This document shows positions 57,901-64,000 of a stretch of DNA of 64,000 nucleotides, in pieces. Every line of letters begins with the position of its first letter. The stretch's first letter is position 1. The position numbers and the translations under genes were made by a program. Below the pieces are notes generated by a model. It was not told where the DNA came from. It saw nothing but the letters and a program-made list of their open reading frames with translations, and ran no database searches. Source of the DNA: a virus (taxonomy: Duplodnaviria; Caudoviricetes); IMG/VR virus record IMGVR_UViG_3300021256_000089, positions 1-64,000 of that record; one strand, 5' to 3'.

Positions 57901-60900
57901 CTCTTCATCGTGATCGTTTGGATCTCGGTCATCGATGCGTCGAATTCCATCACGAAGCGCTTGGCTTCTTGGATAGCCCTCTGGAACATCCGGCGACCAA
58001 GCTGCTGCGTAAGACGAGTGACAGAGACTGCTATTTTGTCGAACACCGTACCGACTATCTGATTCGAATTATTAAATCGATCAAGATCTCTTTGCGTATT
58101 ACTGAGCGCTTGACGATAGCCTTCGACTGCCCGTTGAGAATCTTTGATTCGATTGTTTATTCTATCGATGTCTGCCTGATCAGTAGCAGTCTCTAATTGC
58201 GCGTTCAGAGTTGCTTGCCGATCCTGTTCCCCTCGTATGCGCTGCTGATAATTAAATTCATTTTGCCGCAACTGTTGGCCATAGTTCATTCGCTCGTCAT
58301 ACATTCTTCCGAGCATTGTTTTGGTATATCTGCTGCCATGCATGCGTCTAAAGTTTTCAGACGCATAAACTGCTTGCTGCGCATTAAACTCAGATTGAGC
58401 AGCTTGCATTTCGTCACGACGTGCAAGAGCTTCATCTTGAATTTGAATTTGACGCGCTACTGTTTGCCTGTATTGATTCAAAGATTCTTCTGATAATAAA
58501 CCTTCTATTTGATTGCGCGTTTCACTGTCTTTCGGTGTTCTAGATTTTAATTTTTGTAATGTCGCTATTCGATTGTCTACAGCCCAATCTATTCTTTGAG
58601 CTCTCGTTGCATTTTGCCCTGTTTGTTGAAGCGTTAATTGGGCTACGTTCGTTTGTAAAGCATTAAAGTTTTGATCGTATTCTAACCCTTGTCGAGCGAG
58701 ATAGTCTTTTTCTGCTTTTTTATCAGAATATTTTCTTAACCAGAAAAGACGTTCTTCATCGTTATCGGCAGCTTTGATATTTTTTAATATATCGTTTCTT
58801 CTTGCCGTCCTCATCCGATAAATAAACTGGTCTCTGCTTTCTGCTTGATCATTATATTTGTTTTCAAACGTATCTACTCGTACACCTTTGTCTCCAAAAG
58901 ACACGGATCTTTCTATGCCATATATATCCGCATCAATTCTCTGCTTATTCTCTAAGCCGCCATTTTCGATATAATCATTGATACGATCTTTGCTTTTCTT
59001 ATATTGTTCTATGATTCGTCCAAGCTGATTTGCTATATCAGTGTCTCCATTTTTCTCAGCTGTGGTTTTTTCTTCTGTAGCTTTTTTAATTAATGCCTCA
59101 TAAGATAAAACTCGTTGTTCTAATTCTGTTATCTCATCGCGCTGTTTCTTTGCAAAAATCTCTTTCGGATTTACTTTACCGAGTAATTCAGAGACACGAT
59201 ATGCATCGTCTTCTATTTCGCGATTGACGAATTTTTCAGCGGAACCATCTTTCCCGTAGAGTTGTGCTTTTATTTCGGCCTCTTTTTGTTCTGCTGCTTT
59301 AAACGCATCTCGAGCATTAATTGCCTGATTGACTCTGTCTTGTTCGGCAGCTTTATCCTGTGCTGATTGATTGAAATCAACTAACCATCCTTCGTTCGGC
59401 TCATTGATTTTTGAAGCGTCAAAGTATGCAGAATTGTTCTTTAATCCTTTATACGTAGCACTACTTTCTTGGATTATACGAAGAGCTGACAATAAAGGAG
59501 AATCCGTATCAGATTTCTTAACACCATTTAACATATTGTTGACTGTTTCTTCCGCATTGTTTAAATCTGTAATTGCTGCTTTTATTTCCAGCTCATTGTT
59601 TTGTCTCCTGGCTTGTCTTGTTTTGTTTTGTATTTCTTCGATGTCTGCTCTTATTTCTGGATTGTCTCCATATTTTGCCGACATGGCTTGAAGAGTTGCG
59701 TCTGAAAACAACATGTTTAATTCGTTTCTTCTTGATTCGAATCTGCTTGTGTGCCTAAACATTTCTCCATCTGCCATTCTATTGCTTTCTTTATACAAAG
59801 AAGATCTTATTTGAGACAGATGTTCTTTGTTCTCAGCATATTGAGACAAATAGAAATCTAATGCATTTTGTTCTTGTGCACTCATCGTTGCATAATCTCG
59901 TCTATTAGAAAAAATCTCATCAACTTTACGTTTCGATTCAGCTCGATCTAATAATTCTCTCGGAGATAACAATCTGGTAACCTCATCAAACAATCCGTTG
60001 TTAGACGTGTCTGTTAAATCGCCATACAAAGATTGATATGCATTAACCATCTTATTTGCCCAAGATTTTTTCAACTCTTCTCCAAGCGTTCCTGCTGAAA
60101 CATCCAATCTGTGAATTTGGCCAGTTTTTGGATCCCATCCTTCGAATTTTTCAAAATTGCTTTCCCATTCGCCCGTCTGTTGATTGTATTGGCCGAAGCC
60201 TTTGAATATCTCATATTCTTTGGCGCGCACCGTATCTCCAGAGGCGTTTGCGTTATGATATTCCTTGGCAAGCTCTTCGAATAGCGAAGCATAATATGCA
60301 CTTTGAGGAATAGATTCATCTGCTCCTGTACCAGAAGATTTATAGTCTACGATTCTAATCTTTCCATTACTGTCTAATACCATCATGTCTGGTTTTACAG
60401 TCGTAGCATATGTTCTTACTTCTTCGCCCTGCTGAGCTTCTGGCGCTAGTTGTTCTCTTGTCGTTCTAGTTCTAACAACATTACCGTTGGCATCTGTATA
60501 TACATGCCTATAAACATTACCAGAATCATTAGAAGGAGCTATTGTGTATTCTTTGTTATTTTTCCCGACAAGGACTCCTTCGCGTCCAACAAGCCTGTCC
60601 CCCGGATGCAAAATATTCGTTAAAAACTTTTCAAAGTTGCCAGCAGTTGCAACTGTACCATCTTCGTTGAATACACCAAGCAAGGCGTTTAAATGCTCCT
60701 GTATCCCTTGCAGCGTTCCACTCTTCGGCACGCCGCTTGCTATCAGACGGCCATCTTTAGACGATAAAGTTACACCTGCTTGATTCTTCAAATCCCCAAG
60801 ATCTGTTCGTACGCCTTCTAAAATTGGCGCTCTCATTAAGTTGAATAAATTGTATGCTGCCTGAGCTGGTGTCATTGCTTGCTTTGTGCCTAATGTCTTC

Positions 60901-63900
60901 CAATATGATTCTATTCCTGTATGCATTAATTGGCCTATGTGAGTCATCGGGTTGCTTCTCGCGCTGGAAAAACTTGAATCTATAATACTGGCCAAATTAT
61001 ATGCTTTCGTATTGCCACTATATAGCTTATTATATCTTTCATAATCAACTTCACCAGTAGTTGTTTTTAATCCAGGAGCAATTGGTTGACCGGTTTCTAC
61101 ATCTATTACTTCTATGCCAGGTATTTGTAATTGCGCATCTTTATTCTCGTCGCTATTAATCCAATGCTTTAATTGACTCCATGCAAAAGCCCATTTAGAT
61201 CCAGAAACATGCCCGGTTTTTGCTATCTCTCTCGCTCTTGATTCGATGCCAGCTCTCAACGTAGCTCTTTCTTCATTTGTTTCCGGATTGTTAGCTTGTA
61301 ATTCCTTGATACGTTTAGCCGCATCTGCTTGTTGTTGCTTAATGGCTTTCATAAAAGCATCTTCGACTTCTTGACGGGCTTCGTCATCAATAGTCGGGGT
61401 CAATAAACTTTCAAGAACATCTGCATAGGCACCCGCCAACAAATCGTTGTTTTGATTGGCTTGCTGTCTATACTGTTCTACCGTGTCTCGTATATTTGTT
61501 TCATTCATAGCTTCCCCAGAATTCAACTCTTTAAGTCTTTTTCTGAAAGAAGCTAACAAAGAAGATTCCGTCGTGAGAGAATAGCCATACGCTTTCTCTC
61601 TGTCATTAATGCTTGTTTCCCATTTTTGTGCGATTAAATTACCTTTATCTAGATCATTTTCTCCAACCACTCTGTTTCTTAAAACGGTTTGCTCATATAA
61701 ATCAAGATACCATCTCGCGGCTTCTGATTCAACACTGGAATCTGAATGTCCATATTTAGTGTTATACCAGTTTTCCATTTTTTGTAGAGCATCGGTGTTA
61801 AAGTGACCAGAACCTAAATTACGCGCCTCTGTTCTTCTTAAAGCTAATCCTAGCACACCGTGAGTATCAAACATGGTAGGAAGGCTGGTAGAAAAAATAT
61901 TAACGTCTTTCAACGCTTGCACAGGATCAGAAGAATTAGATGCTATCTTTAATGCACGCAGAAAACGTTCATGAGTAGCTCCTTTCTCCATAACTCCTAA
62001 TCCCTTTAAATCTATTTGTGCACCAGTGTTTTGACCTTCTGATGTTGCCTTGTCGTATGCTCGATTGGCGGCAACAATTTTCATCATTGTTTCCCTATCG
62101 ACCATGCTTGCTTCTTGTTTCCTTATAGCTGCAGATGCAGACGCCATATCTTGCCGCGAATTAATGTGATACATGATAGCATCTCTTATAGATTCAACAA
62201 TTGTTCCAGATTTCTGCTTCTCGGGTTGATCCTTTTGTAGCCCGACTTGAGATTTTTCAATGTCTCGTAATTGAGCATAATAATCTTCAAAATATTTTTT
62301 TGCCTCTCCAACTGCTTGAGGCGGTAATCCGAGGAATGCCGTGATCGTATCACCATCAAAGTCGCCAGTATTCATTTGATATAATTGCGACGGGGTTGTT
62401 AGCATCGACAACAAGTCTGAAGGATCTCTTCCGAGTTCTTTTAGCCTTTTTCTATATGTGGAATCTATAACATATTTCTTCTTCGATGCGTTATAAGTAA
62501 TAGCTCCATTTCTTATGGCTGCCGAAATAGTACCCATCGTAGAAGGATTGCGTGTCATTGCATCAATTTGTTCGTCTCTAATTCCAGGTGCATATACTAT
62601 CTGATTAGCACCATTGTTCTTCCTATCATCCATGATATCAGGCATAAACATTTTCCACTCATCTGGCATTTGAGACAAATCTTGCCAGTTTTCAACGCCA
62701 CCGACATATTGTAAAGCCTGTAAAATTGCTTCCGGCAAAACTCCAGGAGTAGCTTCTGCGTAGCCCGACCATTTAGATCCTTTAAGCAACAAATCCCCTC
62801 TTGCTCTCGACTCCTCTAAACTGCGAATTTCTGATGCTATTTGTCTATTCGCAGATAAGCTTGTCCAGATCCAAGAAGGATCACGTTTCATTTCCTTTTG
62901 AGCAGACGCATTGTTCTTAAAAAACTTCTGACGGCCCTCTAATGTTTGAAGTTCTCTAAATCTTTGTTCATATAATTCTTCAGACTGCTTTCTTAATTCT
63001 GGTCCAGCATGTATAGCTCGAGCAATAGATTCCGGCATAACATCTTTTCTACTTTGCATTTGCGCATCTGTATGCATAGAAATGAAACCACTATGTCCTT
63101 CTCCTGCTGCAAGCTGAGAATACTCCATAATCATACGTGCACGTTCTTCAGGTAACAATTGAACCATGCCATTGCTATCTATGCGTCTAGCTTTTTCTAA
63201 GTCTTTTCGTTTTACAGTTGGAAAATGATATGAAAAGTCTTCCAGCGGCATGTGTAAAAAATTGTCTATACCTTTCATACCGGTTGCGTCTATGAGATAA
63301 GGCAACGATTGATCCATTACATTTACAAAGTACCTTTGCCGAAGATCATCAATTTCTTCTTGTGTCAATTTAATTTGTTTGCCTTTTTCATCGTTTCTAT
63401 ATCCGGTCATAAATTGTCTTAAGATTTCAGCATCGTCTGTCGTAGGCAAATACACTTCGCCGTTGTCTCCGAACAAAGGAGTATTGCTATCAACGCCTTT
63501 GACTGCACCTTGCTTGACTTGATCTGAAAGAGACCTCAGCATAGGTCTCCAATCAAGCGCGCTTAAATAAAACTTATCTTGTCCGTGAGCAAACCTCATT
63601 TGTTGACCATAATGGAATATTTGAGGATCGCCCCACGCTTGGCCGTCGATCCGTAATCCGGTATCTTTGCCAATTCCAAGCATGTTATAAAAAGCACCCA
63701 TATTCACAAAAGCTCCGGGATTATTAAGAAGACGATAATTTGTACCAAAGACATCCTCGTAATAATGTCCACTCGAATTAAGCTTTTTTACATTGTTTAT
63801 TTGTTTGATTGTTTTAGCTTTATCATCCGGAACAATTAGTCCACCATAGTTACCAAGTTCAAAAGGCGACGGAAAATGATTGTCTTTGAATGTTTTTTCT

Positions 63901-64000
63901 ATGCTATTTTTCTGCGAAACAGGAATCATAACGATATCATCGTGCCCGATAAACGCTACCGTATAATCATCAGTTTCTCCTGTTTCTTCGTTCCATCGAT
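51975..64000 (-). CDS. Giant tape measure protein (>4000 aa, 5' end beyond the window) with RNAP-like and nuclease-like domains
   Basis: TP901-type TMP core (MDALTALGDSAATTAVEIGKAMQKCAAAAKVAGVS...QVGTALNTLFSRL); C-terminal YAQGGLVDFTGPAWVDGSKTKPE; frame stays open from 63929 to the window end. Confidence 0.93.
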   Translation of the reverse strand, partial: RWNEETGETDDYTVAFIGHDDIVMIPVSQKNSIEKTFKDNHFPSPFELGNYGGLIVPDDKAKTIKQINNVKKLNSSGHYYEDVFGTNYRLLNNPGAFVNMGAFYNMLGIGKDTGLRIDGQAWGDPQIFHYGQQMRFAHGQDKFYLSALDWRPMLRSLSDQVKQGAVKGVDSNTPLFGDNGEVYLPTTDDAEILRQFMTGYRNDEKGKQIKLTQEEIDDLRQRYFVNVMDQSLPYLIDATGMKGIDNFLHMPLEDFSYHFPTVKRKDLEKARRIDSNGMVQLLPEERARMIMEYSQLAAGEGHSGFISMHTDAQMQSRKDVMPESIARAIHAGPELRKQSEELYEQRFRELQTLEGRQKFFKNNASAQKEMKRDPSWIWTSLSANRQIASEIRSLEESRARGDLLLKGSKWSGYAEATPGVLPEAILQALQYVGGVENWQDLSQMPDEWKMFMPDIMDDRKNNGANQIVYAPGIRDEQIDAMTRNPSTMGTISAAIRNGAITYNASKKKYVIDSTYRKRLKELGRDPSDLLSMLTTPSQLYQMNTGDFDGDTITAFLGLPPQAVGEAKKYFEDYYAQLRDIEKSQVGLQKDQPEKQKSGTIVESIRDAIMYHINSRQDMASASAAIRKQEASMVDRETMMKIVAANRAYDKATSEGQNTGAQIDLKGLGVMEKGATHERFLRALKIASNSSDPVQALKDVNIFSTSLPTMFDTHGVLGLALRRTEARNLGSGHFNTDALQKMENWYNTKYGHSDSSVESEAARWYLDLYEQTVLRNRVVGENDLDKGNLIAQKWETSINDREKAYGYSLTTESSLLASFRKRLKELNSGEAMNETNIRDTVEQYRQQANQNNDLLAGAYADVLESLLTPTIDDEARQEVEDAFMKAIKQQQADAAKRIKELQANNPETNEERATLRAGIESRAREIAKTGHVSGSKWAFAWSQLKHWINSDENKDAQLQIPGIEVIDVETGQPIAPGLKTTTGEVDYERYNKLYSGNTKAYNLASIIDSSFSSARSNPMTHIGQLMHTGIESYWKTLGTKQAMTPAQAAYNLFNLMRAPILEGVRTDLGDLKNQAGVTLSSKDGRLIASGVPKSGTLQGIQEHLNALLGVFNEDGTVATAGNFEKFLTNILHPGDRLVGREGVLVGKNNKEYTIAPSNDSGNVYRHVYTDANGNVVRTRTTREQLAPEAQQGEEVRTYATTVKPDMMVLDSNGKIRIVDYKSSGTGADESIPQSAYYASLFEELAKEYHNANASGDTVRAKEYEIFKGFGQYNQQTGEWESNFEKFEGWDPKTGQIHRLDVSAGTLGEELKKSWANKMVNAYQSLYGDLTDTSNNGLFDEVTRLLSPRELLDRAESKRKVDEIFSNRRDYATMSAQEQNALDFYLSQYAENKEHLSQIRSSLYKESNRMADGEMFRHTSRFESRRNELNMLFSDATLQAMSAKYGDNPEIRADIEEIQNKTRQARRQNNELEIKAAITDLNNAEETVNNMLNGVKKSDTDSPLLSALRIIQESSATYKGLKNNSAYFDASKINEPNEGWLVDFNQSAQDKAAEQDRVNQAINARDAFKAAEQKEAEIKAQLYGKDGSAEKFVNREIEDDAYRVSELLGKVNPKEIFAKKQRDEITELEQRVLSYEALIKKATEEKTTAEKNGDTDIANQLGRIIEQYKKSKDRINDYIENGGLENKQRIDADIYGIERSVSFGDKGVRVDTFENKYNDQAESRDQFIYRMRTARRNDILKNIKAADNDEERLFWLRKYSDKKAEKDYLARQGLEYDQNFNALQTNVAQLTLQQTGQNATRAQRIDWAVDNRIATLQKLKSRTPKDSETRNQIEGLLSEESLNQYRQTVARQIQIQDEALARRDEMQAAQSEFNAQQAVYASENFRRMHGSRYTKTMLGRMYDERMNYGQQLRQNEFNYQQRIRGEQDRQATLNAQLETATDQADIDRINNRIKDSQRAVEGYRQALSNTQRDLDRFNNSNQIVGTVFDKIAVSVTRLTQQLGRRMFQRAIQEAKRFVMEFDASMTEIQTITMKSDEQMQDIRSSTIDRAINLRTSVGNVSQVEAALYRQGLSDTEVADRSEAIIKFATVTGSKVQDATKIITTALQNGLVESAEEAMDALTALGDSAATTAVEIGKAMQKCAAAAKVAGVSYGELTSMITVMTSTTQLSGTQVGTALNTLFSRLRQVQSTGYVSDKNGDTTDLSTIETALRLAGIDLRSDQNTFRSPTEIMYDIARNWGDMSDVQRANITTSVAGVRAGNMFSTLMEGMAEDNGETFAKYLGLSEDSEGITESKYEIAAKSLQASINELKSTFDGLVENLVKSGAIKGIVDAITGFVNGLRLITENGGNVVTTIVAITGAVAALTTVIKVLTGDVAGAVVGGTLLLGTIGLGVASGIGNAQAKQKPGMMEQQTLEAYVHDTDDRNNRYQQLIDDTKRLGESYQRLGENMAYADKIQFNNNLAQLTGLFPELGKEIDSTSDKLERWAEIVNGAQDSLNGIVARTDTTRQTLATLQYEATRQSSAEAYEKQWQDAHSIGVTMDNLADLLEQTTGQSAIDQYWNRYVTYSKDKLTPAEEQQLYDNVLQMLNLQNSDEYKRAHNMLNIANVNSVGEDGLPSALVRLASYAIEGENGPEISEDWQDVSSLDVDELLSFLEANINNFPDFSREDVQNMKDTLNLWQNAFEAGNMSFADYNAAREHSRKKWSTEMLSFIESTLTPLNTFNDLQKSIPVGLLQTIKDNQVDASTLSKQFPELYKAFIVNTNMNSDVSWKRSNMRTLADNESMQNVLKVFYDRNAEDLRTRLSGVSTGNQELDHALSNQSLTSGDFITLIQSYNTSLSDDVISLIYDGLIESAGENGWLYQLVESLLTDWSGYVSERVYGLMSNKGLSSAYVSDENLKTALDNSISNMLTNSETYSADAGLESGLSFSQMTKDQRQRYIDYIAAQTEEKIRFATSTEANRLSLLRTDNPEALPFSVDGIPFENLDQALSYIRGDSVPDEAKRNGWHLGYTAADIMYNGKQYYQSPEDIFAGLWTEYVQENPDLSGKRLDLLNVANGATGFQEFMSGISSTLGVTWSRDNMSKVLPKELYSALQATSEGTLDWPIFQQMLQNYQLGQKGYGYDLNQAILTGEGGIGATFMSALQSNDQAGMLAEYQRLSGDAVSFDVFKTALESFDGGSEILAKLGEGALVTAEDWKKLAQSMREAQEAAKSMFGSRGDEVLNYLKNVQGDAVESAKALTDMRNALNNLSYRQYYREQFKAGKRDKTTMDQIAQITGFDTEQIKQYGKDQKITTGIDDALKQSYEADKISVEDYGNQIAALLNSELQGQFDTFAPAITVADGNVNWNDAGLIETIGADAANTIQALNAILEAMHIKGHFEELKDGDGNTTGFDWILDELGSGNQGTRPPRGGGGGGKSHAQQLIESQKHSASVDDHMLKMIQYRRTRYKNAGELTNENTLIKQENEERRRQIKNQRDNISALRDEMAATEQGSDDWYALRDAIQAAEEAIQEHTQAIHDNLEQMKENRKQIRQYKVDIQDMISAELDNREELRRQRLQGTVDMENTILDLIKQRYRDEWDLLKQDIDNKKAALEQEKSLIDERLNARKNAASEASKYEELANLQAQLSRVEMDSSRTREAAELRDKIAKLQDEIAWKIADQEADAQKADLDERIMGYDLYTDQYQEWLDNYLEDNNNFTTELNDVLKKSREDLIEWLKENDKTYADSTKEQQELMVQNWGDMYDEMKGLTDQYWRDYWNQVAAVMTDRESFMDFMMDSEEYRTASNDRKRQLREQWNEAWSLWSTAKLGGAALVSEEHAGEHDGDEIDDEPKYKFKRSWEVIKKNGSVRASGVAEGDAFYTKKYAKLAAKQLAEEQAMDRKHVGDKVKYGKVEKAYAQGGLVDFTGPAWVDGSKTKPEAFLSAEDTAAMRAFLDAFSTIRVPSFSSMISDSMFSDVSGFTVEKLNIEINEAELKEDADYEEVARKVGEEFVRELSKQGLQTANFAFSS

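Larger units (their letters stand above)
1..64000. mobile_element. Large temperate siphovirus-like phage genome segment (early/replication arm on +, late tail/lysis arm on -, converging at integrase/attP)
   Basis: Tape measure, Dit, Tal, endolysin, holin, integrase+attP, phage-type DnaE/ThyX/NrdDG and a tRNA cluster; no host housekeeping operons. Confidence 0.97.

Overview
This is a 64-kb slice of a large temperate tailed phage, probably infecting a Firmicute/Clostridia host. It appears to be in the unintegrated state, because an intact attP has phage genes on both sides. The + strand (1-21.1 kb) carries replication and nucleotide-metabolism genes (dnaE, thyX, nrdD/nrdG, dut, RuvC-like, phoH, clpP, RNA ligase). 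It also carries a tRNA cluster with 7 tRNAs, one tRNA-like element and three unexplained structured RNAs, many small ORFs, and a tyrosine integrase followed by the 3' half of tRNA-Thr(GGT) as attP. The - strand (21.5-64 kb) is the late module read right to left: a >4000-aa tape measure protein (open past the window edge), Dit, Tal, about 25 modular tail or adhesion-type genes, endolysin and holins. Best leads: (1) the tape measure ORF carries an N-terminal DFDGD two-barrel RNA-polymerase-like motif and a PD-(D/E)xK nuclease-like domain; (2) a coiled-coil gene after the RNA ligase is followed by a structured RNA with 7-nt periodic GYT repeats; (3) a ~390-nt ornate RNA is wedged between tRNAs; (4) a perfect 16-bp inverted repeat brackets the integrase plus attP; (5) the phage encodes a RemA-like regulator. 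All family assignments come from motif recognition by eye; no database search was run.
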